A stretch of DNA of 64,000 nt from Saccostrea echinata (Eukaryota): assembly GCF_033153115.1 (NCBI RefSeq), contig NW_026889750.1, forward strand, positions 19,158,001-19,222,000, given 5' to 3'. The notes beneath the pieces are model-generated. The model ran no database searches, was not told the origin of the DNA, and saw nothing but the letters and a program-made list of their open reading frames with translations. Below are positions 39,123-51,561 of the stretch, piece after piece. The stretch's first letter is position 1. Every line of letters begins with the position of its first letter. Made by a program: the position numbers and the translations under genes.

Positions 39123-39695
39123 CTGAAATAAATGGTCAACTTTTCTTAATAATCATATGAGTGAAGTCCACATGGGTACAGAAGCAGGCTTAGAAATACA
39201 ACTTCCGGAACATAGCAGGTTTATCGTTTTTCTTTTTAGAGTAACTTGTCCTTCAGTTCTCAAAAAAAATTACTGTTATATCAATGTAAAATAAGATTTG
39301 ATAAAGATATTGAGAATTTTATTTAACTGTAAGATCGTACATGCTTTGCCATACATAATTATTATTCTATGTACAGTGTTTCTTCTTCCCTTGAAAAATA
39401 AACACAGATTTTTCTTTCACTACTGTGATCATAGATGATCTACTGCCAGAAAATATTTTTGTTTGTTGATTCTCATTGAACATTCTTACAAAATTAAGTT
39501 ACTGAAACGTTTAAGGTTATCATATCTTTGTGAAAAAGGGAAATGTCTTAAAACGCTACGTTTACTCGCATATGTTACCCTTCACCTGATTTCGTGGCTT
39601 CTAAATTAACATTTAACTGTGCTAATCCAGCAACAATACTGTTGCCAATTTACGAGAAACCCGACTGCATGGGTGAAGGAATCCATGACACTTAC

Positions 39696-39782
39696 CAGAG
39701 AGGCGAGTATAGATCCGCCAATCCAACTGCTGAACCTTCGCTCTGCACTTCCGGTGGCGGATATAATCTTCAACCTCATACT
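39696..39782 (-). CDS. ACTL6A: ACTL6A coding exon 13
   Basis: SMRLKIISATGSAERRFSSWIGGSILASL, AG/GTAAGT boundaries, 87 nt. Confidence 0.95.
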
Positions 39783-39887
39783 CTGAAAAGAAATAAAACA
39801 GACTCATTCACATGGAGTTTTGGGTCTAAAGTTTCAATGAAAATGAACAGACACTGTTCACACTCTGCAGACGTACTTCGTATGGAG

Positions 39888-40130
39888 ATAAATGCTATGA
39901 AAGAACATAATAGTAACTTGAAGTAAAAAAAAATTCAAGCTGACGTTGTCGCTGATACATGGAAGGGGGGTGGGGGGGGGGTGGAGTAAACTGCTTTAGA
40001 AAAGGAAAATATAAATGCTATGAAAGAACATAATCGTAACTTGAAGTAAAAAAAAAATTCAAGCTGACGTTGTCGCTGATACATGGAAGGGGGGGGGGGG
40101 GGGGTAAACTGCTTTAGAAAAGGAAAATAT
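39888..40130. repeat. Tandem duplication, 2 x ~123 bp, in ACTL6A intron 12
   Basis: The unit ataaatgctatgaaagaacataat...poly-G...aaaggaaaat starts at 39888 and 40011. Confidence 0.9.
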
Positions 40131-41199
40131 ATAGTCAATATTTTTTCAGTTAACTTAAAGCCTTGGTACATGGGAAATGCATATGATTCTACAAATCTAT
40201 CTGAGTGACCCGATCCAAACTGAACTCAAGAGTTGGTACAAAATAACAACAAAAAATGCAACTCATTTTCACATCAGTGTTTTTCTTTGAGTGAGCATCA
40301 TATTTTGACGTCAAGAAATAAAACAAATTCCAAGTTATTTAAAAGCCCTGACCCACATCAGATTTCAAAAGAGCAGACAAGCGACTCCAATGGTCCAATA
40401 AGACAAAGACTATTCTCCCATAAATGTCGTCTGTTGAAGTTCAGCTTTCAAACCCTTTCAGTGCACGCGAGGTTGCTCTGAAGCGTCATTTTTTGTCAAA
40501 TTAAACCGAATTCCCTTAGCATCCCGCCCCCCGATTAACCCCACCAATAACCACGAAACACATATAACGTCAATAAATTACGCAGCAACTCTGACTTTTC
40601 CTTCTGAAACTAGTTCTTGCACTCGAAGAGACAATGTTCAAAGAGAACTGTCATGTTTTCTTAGTCGGCCTCAACATGACACGGGAGGGAAAATAATCAT
40701 CAAAGATTGTTCAAAAATTCACAAAAACTTAAAAACTACAAGAACCCTGTCGATAAGGTAAACAAAGTATGACGATTCGGATCTGATAACGGTCTGTTAC
40801 GTAAAAGTGTCAAACTCAAAAAAAAATTAAGGTTTATCTGCTAATGAGGCCTTAATTAGGCGTTGCATAATGATTGTTTAATCACTCCTTTAACTCATAG
40901 TGCAACAACTTTTGCCAAAGTCTACATCTTTCTCCGGAACTTTACTGCATGCGAACAGAGTGCAAGATTTTATCATTTGCCTAAATGCTATGGACGCGTT
41001 ACGATAACATTCTGACGTCGCGTTTTCCGACAATTTTCTCAAGCAGTGATATGGTATCAAATAAATGAAGATAACACTGAAATGTTATAGTACCTTGAGA
41101 TACTGCTTCAACAATAGCTAACTTTTAACGTGACTTTTATTTTTTCCCTACCCCCCCCCTTTCTTACTAAATCAATTATGATTACCACTTATAATAACA

Positions 41200-41797
41200 C
41201 AGGGTTCGACACTAACTTTTTTAGACTTTAGTCCGGCCGGACTAGTGTTTCTTTACTTTTACTAGTCCGCATGCAATTTTATGAGTCCGTCAAAAAAGGA
41301 AACATCAATGTTTTGTAACATTGATTTAAAAATAAACATTTCAATATACGATTTTATACTTTTTTGAAATAAACAAAGCATTCACGTGAAATGGTTTATT
41401 CCACAGCACAGATTGGTTGAAATCTCGCATTTAACGAGTACGATCGTATTCCCGATCTCGTTCTTTTTCTCTTTACATTACATCCAAAATGTCTGACCTC
41501 GTTCTTTTGCGTGTCATATAAATTATGATTGCTAAAATGTTTTACTTCATATAAATCAGTCTGAAAATTAAGCACTTATTCGAAAACGTCTAACTACCCG
41601 CCAAGAAGCTAGAAAGCTAAAAATAAATGCGGGGTTTTCTAGTAAAAGTTGTGGAGAATCGGACATTGGTAAATTATATATATTGTTTTCCAGGAATTTT
41701 TATTGGTCCGTTCGGACTAATTAGCCACAAATTTTATTAGTCCGAATTAAAATGTATTAGTCTGAGACTAACGGACTAACGTTAGTGTCGAACCCTG
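41200..41797. mobile_element. hAT-like MITE (CAGGG ends) with 5-bp TSD
   Basis: Perfect 17-bp TIR cagggttcgacactaac / gttagtgtcgaaccctg. TSD TAACA. Subterminal tagtccg/cggacta repeats. Confidence 0.85.
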
Positions 41798-41848
41798 TAA
41801 CATACAGCCCGTATACTGACTAGGACTGCAGCAGCTTACATGTAAGCA

Positions 41849-42080
41849 CAGGCCCGTAGGAAGCAATTTCAGTTGGGGGGGGGGGGCACAGCCATATATT
41901 TTTTTTTTTGGAGGGGCACTATCAACTACATTTGACAAGCAAAAAAAAAAAAAAACAGGTCACCAGACGTTTTTATTAAGGGGGCACAAGCATATAGTAG
42001 CTATGTTTTCTAAAGTAATCAATATATCGGCAAAATTATTCGGGGGGAGGGAGGCACGGCCCCCGGTTCCTACGGCCATG
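41849..42080. mobile_element. G/C-tract MITE, inverted sister of 32583-32831
   Basis: caggcccgtaggaa / ttcctacggccatg. TSD AAGCA. Confidence 0.8.
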
Positions 42081-42489
42081 AAGCAAGCAGAGAGCATTGG
42101 TTCAAATGGTTTCAAACCATACTTGAAATAAGTAAATGCAAGTGTTGTCCGGTAAAATCGTGGACAAGTTTTCTACTCTTTAGTACATTTTATCATCAAT
42201 ATACATGAGAAATTCCAAATGGATATGCTCAGATAATCAAAATACGGGATTTTATGTTATGTGTGGCGTCGCCTTACGATTCACGGATGATAACGTCAAA
42301 ATGTCGAAACCAACGTTATGTTTCATCTTTGCTATAAAAAAAAATTGTTATCCTCCATAGTTTCATACAACCAAAGAAACCTAAACATTTCAAAGAAGTT
42401 TCATCAATGTGCAATTATCCTACTGAATTTTGCACTTGTAGCAGAACTATATATATAGTAATGCATTGTTATAGCTAAAAAAAAAATTT

Positions 42490-44480
42490 ATTTTTAGATT
42501 TAATGCATTTTCTCTGTATGATCAATAGAGCTCCACCCAAACCCCTGACCCAGGGGCCATGATTTTCACAATTTTGGAAGATGCAAGGTAACAGCACAAA
42601 AAGTGAAAATGTTGCAAAATGTAATAAAAGAATATTACATTGTGTTATTACATTTTGAGTCAAGGTCAATCCAAAATGTAACAATGCACTTTTTGGATTA
42701 TTACATATAGCGTTATTACATATGGTGTTGAGGTCCCACATAATGTAACAATGCAAAATGTTAAAACACACTTTTTTAATTTTTATATTTTACGTCATTA
42801 CATTCTGTGTCGCAGTTAATGCAAAATGTAAGAAAAATCTTGATGGATTTAATATAAAATTTTGATATCATTGCAGACTGATTAAAATCACATTTTCCAA
42901 TATGGTTATAATATAACAGAAACACTAAAATATATAAACTGTACATAATATTAAATACTATTTGATTTACATGTATATAAAAATATTTTTTGAAACAATG
43001 ATTCAAAACAAGCAAAACTTTCAAAAGTCTTAAAATATGGTTATTCATTTTGTTAAGGCAATGTAAAAATTTACCGACAGAAAAATTTGGAAATATTTTG
43101 GATAAGATAGTTAATTTTGATATTGAAAGCAATATATTCTCACTTTCTTTGAAAAATGCATTTATTTGTGGAGATAAAAGGCGATTATTACATTCTAAGA
43201 TATAACATTCTGCATTAACTTTGACACAAAATGTAAAATTGCAAAATGTAATAATCCAAAAAAGTGTTTTTTACATTTTGCATTATTACATTCTGTGTTG
43301 AAGTTGATGCATAATGTAATAATGCAAAATGTGATAATCATATTTGTTATTACATTTTGCCTTATTAAATTCTGTGATGAATTTGGCACAAAAGGTTATA
43401 AAGCTAAATGTAAAATCCAAAAAGTGTGATATTACATTTTGTGTTATTACATTCTACAATGATCTTGATGAAAAATGTAATAACACAAAATGTGATAATC
43501 TAAGTTTATTATTTTTTGCATTGTTATTACATTTTGCATTTCAACAAGGCAACCTTGCTCATCATAACCATGCAAGTAGTTTCACTGCTTAATACCCAGA
43601 AACAGAGAGTAAGATTTTCAAAGAATTAATGCACTTTAACTATACTATCAATAGAACCCACCTTAACTCCAGAATGCCTGACCCAGGGGCCATGAATTTT
43701 ACAATTTTGGAAGAGACAACCTTGTTCATCATATTCATATACCTAGTTTGTCTGCTTAACATCCAGAAGGAGAGAAAAGAATTTTTAAGAATTAATGCAA
43801 TTTCACAATATGATCAATGGAACCCATCCTAACTCCAGAACACCTGATCCAGGGGCCATAAATTTCATAATTTAGAAAGGAACCTCTTTGTTATCATAAC
43901 CATGCACTTAGTTTGTCTGTTAAAACATACATGTAGTTAAGAAAATTTTCAAAGAATTAATGCATTCTCACTATATGATCAATAAAGCACAGCCCTAACA
44001 TCAGATCCCCTGACCCAAGGACCATAAATTTGATACACAAGGGGGAGAGACAATTTTTAAAGAACTTATGCATTTTCATTGCAAGATCTACAGACCCCCC
44101 TCCCCCTAATACCAGAACTTTTGACCCTGAGTCATGAATTTCATAATTTTGGTATAGGGCTCAGTGCTTTATATAATGATACCAACAGTTTGACTAATTG
44201 ATGTCCAGGAGTAAATTAGGAGAATTTTAGAGGTTGCATTAGTTTTGATGGTTTTGGCCCAACCCTTCAGGGCCCCAGGGGAGGAAGGACACCATAAAAT
44301 TCATTAATTTTGCTTTTCTTTGCCCAAAGATGTTATATACCAAAATTGGTTGAAATTGGTTTAGGGGCTCCAGAGACGAAACTGAAAATGTTCAAATGTC
44401 AACAGATGACAGATGATGCACAACTATGGACAAAAACGGACACGAATAGGGCACCGGAGTGATTCATATGACCTAAAAAA
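42490..44480 (-). mobile_element. HINE-like satellite carrier with a nested insertion at about 42590-43547
   Basis: ~165-bp units cctgacccaggggccatgaattt..caattttggaaga on both sides of a 950-bp block rich in aatgtaat/attacatt motifs. ACAG/GATG microsatellite near 44400. Same family as 55448-57258. Confidence 0.6.
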
Positions 44481-44709
44481 TGGGACAAAAAATGCACTTG
44501 CAACAAAGTTCCTTTCATAGAATACATGTAAGAAGTATGCTGTACAAACCATTTTGTGCATTCAAAGATCTTGAATTGCTAAAAGAAACATTTTTCCGCC
44601 TGAGTGCAGTACATATGCATGCGTTTCAACATTTGCATATGGAATTCCTAATAAATAGATAACATGTAATGCATATTAACTAAAGCTGAAACTAAGGGAG
44701 ATAACTTAC

Positions 44710-44805
44710 AGGTGGCGTTTTTGCACTCAGATCTCTGTTTAGTCTGTCTGTAAAACCCTGCATCAAGGAGTTACCTCCCACCACAATGACACTGTTGTAC
44801 AAACT
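44710..44805 (-). CDS. ACTL6A: ACTL6A coding exon 12
   Basis: [32 protein letters not shown], 96 nt, canonical sites. Confidence 0.95.
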
Positions 44806-45019
44806 CTGTAAAATCCAAGGACTCAAATAATCCACAAGACACAACTTAAACAGTAACATATTCTAGCAGTATGTTCCCTACTTTTGGGATTTCATTTCTT
44901 TTCCTTAAATGATACTGGATATTTTATTATAGTTTTTTCCTATATCATAGTATCTCACAAATTTAAATCACTAACTGATGGACAAATATTAAGAGAATTA
45001 AAAAAAGAAAAACTCTTAC

Positions 45020-45103
45020 AGGTCTAATGTCTATATCACACATCCCAACACTGGTGGTGACTGTATGACCAACACTAAGCATGGAGTTTCCACTGGGAAG
45101 ATC
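45020..45103 (-). CDS. ACTL6A: ACTL6A coding exon 11
   Basis: [28 protein letters not shown], 84 nt. Confidence 0.95.
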
Positions 45104-45201
45104 CTACAAAACACAGCACAAAATTGGTTCATTGAAAGCAAGGATTTTAACAACTCAATTATAAAGAAATAATATTAACTGTTTCTAGGTCCCACTTTTA
45201 C

Positions 45202-45316
45202 CTTTATAATAGATGGATCAAACAACCCTTCACATGTTTTAAATCTCTCTGCACCAAAGTCTTTATTGTAGCCATTAGGGAATTCATAATGCACGGTGGG
45301 CATGCTCTCAGCCTGA
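45202..45316 (-). CDS. ACTL6A: ACTL6A coding exon 10
   Basis: [38 protein letters not shown], 115 nt. Confidence 0.95.
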
Positions 45317-45550
45317 CTGTTCAAAGAAAATTACAGACATAAAATGAGTATCCAAATGAATATAAAGATCATTATAAGACAATTAAGTTTGATAAACATT
45401 GGTAAAATCATTTAACTATAACCTGTCACATTTAATATCATACATATTTATCAGAATGGCTGAATACATCTGCTAGTTTAATACATAAATGTTCCAGGTA
45501 CAGATTAGCATTCAATGGTTACAGGTGTGATAAGAAAGTGAAACACTCAC

Positions 45551-45612
45551 GTCTGATCATACGGTTGATCTATAACTTGTAGAACTGATGCAGCAAAGTC
45601 TTGTAAAACATC
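45551..45612 (-). CDS. ACTL6A: ACTL6A coding exon 9
   Basis: DVLQDFAASVLQVIDQPYDQ, 62 nt, donor GTGAGT. Confidence 0.93.
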
Positions 45613-46018
45613 CTATAAATCGAAAAACAGGAAGTAGCGGAAAAAAACATGTCAACAGGAATAGCTTGAGTTTTTAATGGAGTAGTTTTTCCATATGTTT
45701 TACAAAATACTCCACAAATTAAATATTTTGTTTCAATACAAATTGATGAGTACATATGGACATGTATGATTAAAACTTTTGCTCCTGACGTGGTAAAAGT
45801 ACTGTAAAATGATACCATAAATATTTCAAATGCTGTGTCTTTAATTGTATGATTGAGAAAACAATTGTTAATAATAATATCTTCCAAAAGTTGTAAGTAT
45901 TATATGTTACTTTGGACTAATTGAAGAGATAATTTTAAATTAAGAAGAACAAGTTACTTTTTGTGTTGACTGAGTAAACAAATTACAACAAGTATCCTTG
46001 AGCTTATTTAAATCTTAC

Positions 46019-46105
46019 CTTAACCATGTAATTGTGAAAAGATTTAGTAACTTCTGGGATGTCTTTCTTTGTCCATTTTGGAGGATCCATAAAATTTACA
46101 GGTTC
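46019..46105 (-). CDS. ACTL6A: ACTL6A coding exon 8
   Basis: EPVNFMDPPKWTKKDIPEVTKSFHNYMVK, 87 nt. Confidence 0.93.
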
Positions 46106-46232
46106 CTGTGATAAATACATTGTGCATAAAATAATTTCTAGTCTGAAACAATCATTTCTAAACATTTCTAAATTCTGATCAATTTTAAAATGATTGAAAA
46201 TAAACAAACTGATATTGAAACATCTATCCTAC

Positions 46233-46339
46233 CTTGCTTTTAATCATATATGGTGGTATGATGTCTATCTTTTGTTCTTCCATTAGTTTTCTACACTCCA
46301 TTGTGATAAAATCCCCTGCTAGTGGTGACTTCACTATTG
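46233..46339 (-). CDS. ACTL6A: ACTL6A coding exon 7
   Basis: [36 protein letters not shown], 107 nt. Confidence 0.95.
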
Positions 46340-46667
46340 CTAAATAGGCAATATAGTAAAATTAATACTTTAACTCTTTTAATTCCAGAAATGCTTATAG
46401 TGAAATAGTTATGTGAACATGATTTTCTCAAAAACATACTTTAAGATTTTTTTTATGAAGTATGTTGGTATTGCTTTGGACTTATGACATATATTTCAAT
46501 ATCTTGTCAGTCAAAATATCTTCAACTTAAAAAGGAAATTCTTTTAAGACTAGAGTATCACAACAAGGAGCCTGGCTTTGAATTAATACAATGCAAAAGA
46601 AACATGAAAAAAGCTTAAAAATAACTCAAGAGATTTCAATACCAGCATTTCAAGTCTGATAGTGTTA

Positions 46668-47061
46668 CAGTGGAAACTGTCTAATCTGACACCTGTGCAA
46701 TCCATTTCACTGTGAATTCCAACAATCATTTTCATTCCCATCTTACTCTTTTCCATGTTTTTTACAATGCCCAATCCAACACCTTGTCTTTTCCAACCCA
46801 AAATTTGTCTCCCAGTGCATTTTGGATTACTGTAAATTCCTTATTTTTCGCGAGTACTTAATATCGGGAAATGGCCCAAGGGCGTCAAATCGCAGGAACA
46901 ATAATTCACGAATCGGTGATTTTATATAGAGATTTTACATACATTAAAGCACCATAAAAATAAAAGCGAGTAATTTTATTTCGCGAGTGGTGGTCCTCGC
47001 GTAATTAAGCGATAATTTATTCCTCACGTATATTTAGGAATCTACAGTAGTGATTTCACTG
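46668..47061. mobile_element. Nested Tc1/mariner-type MITEs in ACTL6A intron 6
   Basis: Inner element 46830-47047: ta|ctgtaaattcct ... aggaatctacag|ta. Outer element: cagtggaaac ... gatttcactg. Confidence 0.6.
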
Positions 47062-47085
47062 CATATAGCATAGAAGATGAATTAC

Positions 47086-47180
47086 CTTGTTGTATGACAT
47101 AGCCATCGTACACAGGTACAGCTGTTGTGTGTGTCGCACCAGAGTCTAACACTAAGCCTGTAGACCGGCCATTGGCAAAG
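47086..47180 (-). CDS. ACTL6A: ACTL6A coding exon 6
   Basis: [31 protein letters not shown], 95 nt. Confidence 0.95.
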
Positions 47181-48065
47181 CTTTTACAAGTATTAAGGAC
47201 CATTTCACAATTTACTTTAATGATTTTATCATTTAATACATATAGAAACCACTTTTTTCAACACCTGTCTCAGGCTGTCTGTCTGTCTGTCTGTTCCTCC
47301 GCCTGTCCATCTGTATGTCACTCTCTATTTCTTTTGTTGGATAAAATATTCTGTACCACTAATATTGAATGTTAATGCACCTTTCTTAAGGTTCTAAGCA
47401 AAGAGACATTGTATGTTGACCCTTGACCTACTCTTTACAAAAAGTTTATGATTTTCTCTTATTATTCTTGGATTATCAGAAGATATATAGTTTTGATATT
47501 TAGCATCTATGTTGCATATTAATAGACCTTTGCTAATCTTGCAGACCTTTTGACTTTTAACTTTAATGTTGACTTCTATAAATTACAACTCTGCCTTGTA
47601 TATTTTGACCCTTAAAAAAGTTAGACCTTGACATAGCATTTACATAGACCTTCATGTGCATGTATATTAAATGTATTAGTGAAAATTGTTTGTGGAAAAA
47701 GTTGAACCCCCCCCCCCCCCCCCAGTATTAGGCTTATAGGTCTTAAACTTTCCTTGACCTTTCAAAAAAAAAATTTTGCCCTAGGTTTTCAATAAATGTT
47801 GGTGTTTGATATATAGAATATTATACTTTTTATTATTAGTACTTCATTTATGAACTGTCACTTTGAACTTGAACACTGAATTTTGTCTTACATCTTTCAT
47901 GTTTTAATATAATGTTTCATTTTTCAGCTTGAAGTTAACCATTTGAAAATGTTCCTTGGAATATAAGCCTTTTGAAAATGTTCTTTGGAACACTGTTGTT
48001 TATGTATTAAAGAATTACACATTATTTCATATACCGGTATGTCTTATGGCTGTTTGAAAGGATAC
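47181..48065 (-). other. ACTL6A: U12-type (minor spliceosome) GT-AG intron, ACTL6A intron 5
   Basis: 5' splice site GTATCCTTT. Branch site TCCTTAAT at 47199-47192, with its adenosines 13-14 nt from the 3' splice site. No polypyrimidine tract (acttgtaaaAG). Confidence 0.92.
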
Positions 48066-48163
48066 GCAGAAAGAACAGCATTTTTACATAAGAAGAAAGC
48101 TGGTATATTGTACTTCTCAAACATGATTTCTGTTATTTTTTCTCTCTTTGCTTTGGTGTTCCA
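48066..48163 (-). CDS. ACTL6A: ACTL6A coding exon 5
   Basis: [33 protein letters not shown], 98 nt. Confidence 0.95.
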
Positions 48164-48548
48164 CTAAAAATTGAGAAATATTCATATTACACATGTATTG
48201 CTTTCACTAGAATAATGAGAAAATGGACAAGAGGATAATATTTATTGATATAAATGCTAGATTGCTAGATCTTTATCTTATATCTTTTCTACAGATCTGT
48301 TGCTCTACTCTGATTTTACAAAAGTATCAAACTGCTAATTTCTGTGAAAAGCTGAAAGCAAGAACAATTATATAAAAGATAAAATCAAAGATTCTTTGTT
48401 TAATAAAATAAGTATCTATTTTCAGAAATAGAAAAGCCATGGAAAATATTAAAAAAAATATATTTTTCTCCTACACTTTACCATGATAAAACTGTGTATA
48501 AATAACTTATAATACATTGTCCACTACAGTTTGTAAGTTTGTACTTAC

Positions 48549-48649
48549 TGCAGGCTCTGACATCATGACTGGGTGGAATTGTGACTCGGATTTGATATGC
48601 CGGCTGTATGTGTGATCCAGAACTTTCTCAAACACATCCCAGTTATCAA
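48549..48649 (-). CDS. ACTL6A: ACTL6A coding exon 4
   Basis: IDNWDVFEKVLDHTYSRHIKSESQFHPVMMSEPA, 101 nt. Confidence 0.95.
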
Positions 48650-49610
48650 CTACAAAGCATTTAACATGTTTAACAAGCATAAGATTTCATAAAATATCAC
48701 AATTTTATTTAAATATTAAGTGTAATTGCTACAAAAATTATTAAGACACAATTTAAATTTTCATTACTTTTAAGTTATATATAGGGTTGGATACTGGACT
48801 CGGTACCAATACCATACTGAATAGTTATTTTAAAAAAATACTGGTAAAATACCGGTTCATTTAATACTGGTACTAATACCGATATTTCTCAATCTCTGAA
48901 ACATTTTAATACATTCAATATGATTAAAAAAAACAATTCCAGACTTGCTAAAATCGAATTCTCCGTGCATTGAAAGGGTAGGCTGATTAAAGAAATGGAT
49001 GCTTAGCACCATACTTGCTTTCGACTGTCGATATTCAAGGTAAATTAATATATGTATATTTTTTAAAAAATTAAAATACATTCACATTAATCGTGTTTTA
49101 ATTTTATTAATAAAAACTGATAATAAATGTAAAGAGCAAAATGTCACAAAAAATATGACGTGCATCTCTATCCATTTTCTAATGTATTGGTCCTGGCAAC
49201 CGATTGAAGTGGTCAGCCCATCTGTGATTATGTATCTAGTCAAATTAATTTGTTTGAGATTCAATTTATTTGTTTTGTTCATCATTTATTAAAAGGTTAA
49301 AATATAAACATAGTTTATAAGCTCATTTTAGATCATAACATTGAAGGGTTCGTGATTGGTGAAAGCATATTTGTTATAAAATGAACCATCATTCTCATTC
49401 ATCAAGGTATAGTAACTGTACCGTATCGTTAAAAATACTATATCGTTTCAAAAATATCAGTATGGTATCGTATATATATATATACAATGTAAATCTCATA
49501 CTTTCTGGGAGCTTCATTCATACATTCTTCCTTACATCCATATTCTGTATGGTACTCTTACATTTCTAGATCAAATATTTGCAATATGTATATTAATATT
49601 CATTTCTTAC

Positions 49611-49767
49611 TCATTCCTTCCTTCAAGATTGGAATTATCTCCATTCCTTTACGTGGCACTTTTATGGAATTGGTGTCCAAGAAGTACTTTTTGTCCATGC
49701 TTTTATCATCAGTTTCCATTGCTGTATCCACTTCATCTATGACTCCAACATGAGTTGGTAACTCTGC
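49611..49767 (-). CDS. ACTL6A: ACTL6A coding exon 3
   Basis: AELPTHVGVIDEVDTAMETDDKSMDKKYFLDTNSIKVPRKGMEIIPILKEGM, 157 nt. Confidence 0.92.
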
Positions 49768-50603
49768 CTATCCGTATCAAGGAAAATAACAAAATGTATA
49801 TCAACACCAGTTAAGTTTCACTGATACTGAGATACTGATATGAGTCAATGGGATAAATGTCCATAGATGAATTTCACATTCTTAAGAGTTATCTCCCACT
49901 GTTGAGGTAACACTCATTTTTCTCACTATATCCTTTGTAACTTACCTGTAAATATTTTCAACCTTCAAACGCTATCTGACAAATTTGATTCATACCTGTA
50001 TTGCCTTTGTATGGGGCAACATAAAAATCATAATGAACATATTCATACAGATTTCATTTTGTAAAACATTGCCCCATAAAGTTGGTAATATTATAGAGGG
50101 AAAACAGTGCCTTACGCCGGTTGACCCCATATTGACCCCGCAAAGGGAAATAACTTTTGTAAATGTGAAAGTCGTCTATTGTTCTTTTATAAGTCTGTCA
50201 AGTTCAAAGGTCTTTTTTGTCCAACTTTAATCTGCAAGCTATGCTTAAATTGTTTCTATTTTACTTATAAAATACATTTCTTTTGGAAAATCATAAGCAT
50301 TAAAACAACATTTCACATGAGTGAACAAAGGTATTGTGAACCTTAAAATATATATACAGCTTATCGTATCAACATTAAATTATTTTTTGAGAATCACATG
50401 GATTCGACAAAAAAAATAGAATCACACAGGTTCAAATCTTATGAAGTGTAGAAGTAATAAAACTATGCTTTAGTTTAAAAGTCCTAGCAGCATGCAGTAC
50501 AACTGTGCAATAGGTATCCACAATACGTGTGACATTTACAGTATTGATCTTTACTAAAGGCTTTAGAAGTGTGAAGACTGCCCCACAATACGCCAATTCT
50601 TAC

Positions 50604-50680
50604 CTTTGGGGAATCCTCTCCCGCATAGCCTGCTCTGAAAGAATATGACCCAACATCAAAAACAAGCGCACCGACCTCGT
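50604..50680 (-). CDS. ACTL6A: ACTL6A coding exon 2
   Basis: [26 protein letters not shown], 77 nt. Confidence 0.96.
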
Positions 50681-50785
50681 CTGTGGAAATACAAGAAGAG
50701 GGGAAAACAGTTAACATTTAGAAAACGAGAACACAGAAAATTGATCAGCAGACAATTAACATCTTTACAACACATAGAATCTTAC

Positions 50786-50810
50786 CTCCACCGTAAACTC
50801 CCCCACTCAT
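50786..50810 (-). CDS. ACTL6A: ACTL6A coding exon 1
   Basis: ATG AGT GGG GGA GTT TAC GGT GGA G|GTAAG encodes MSGGVYGG, the diagnostic BAF53 N-terminus. Confidence 0.95.
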
Positions 50811-51175
50811 TTTCACTGTATATTAACCCCAAAACTGCAATTTAAGTGATTTTTTTCAATATTTGTTACAATATTATCGAAAACAAAGCACCTCAAGCCG
50901 GCGGAAGTACGGATTTTAGTTCGGTTGTACAATAATTAGTTCGCATTCATTTTGTATTCTATTCTACTCCCTTATTATTTTAATTCATTTATTTATTTCT
51001 ATTATTAATATTTTTTATATTTGTAAGATAATTTCAATTACATAGTTTTCATCAGAACTATCTGAAAGCGTGAATTTTTGTATAAGCTTCCTCCACGAAT
51101 GAATGGATGCACGGCTAGTTCGAAAAACTAAATTCTAAAATGTGGCGGCGAAATATCCGGACTGCAAGACTAAGT
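50811..51175. promoter_or_regulatory. Probable bidirectional promoter region shared by ACTL6A and TSSC4
   Basis: Divergent gene orientation, an ETS-like GCGGAAGT at 50901-50908, and CpG-containing patches flanking an AT-rich spacer. Transcription start sites cannot be determined. Confidence 0.5.
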
Positions 51176-51479
51176 GTATGTACACTGTGACTGTATATAA
51201 ATTATTGTTGACAGCAGTAGATTACCTTTAAAACACTGGGTTCCTGAATTAAATATTATGATAATGGCATTATCAGTTTAGAAGAAATCCCAGAAAAAGA
51301 AAGATTCCAGAAGAAAGGGTTAGTAAAAATATACTGCAATCTAATATTTGTATCAAGGAATGAAGGATAAAGAGCATCACAGGTGCCTCTTAATTTTACC
51401 TATTTATAAGATATCATACATTGATATTCATTAAGACCCAGGCACCTGCGAAAAACTTCATTGTCTAAATGTACAACTG

Positions 51480-51561
51480 TATTCTCTTTAGAGAAGTGGA
51501 CAGGCTTTCGCCTACATCCATGGATGTAGGCTAAAGCCTGTCCACTTCTCTAAAGAGAATA
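51480..51561. mobile_element. 82-bp palindromic mini-element with 9-bp TSD
   Basis: 41-bp arms with one mismatch and no spacer. GTACAACTG at 51471-51479 and 51562-51570. Confidence 0.9.

Noticed and set aside
48782-49470. Possible hAT MITE in ACTL6A intron 3 (tagggttg left end)
   Set aside because: The right terminus and TSD could not be found, so it is not listed as a feature.
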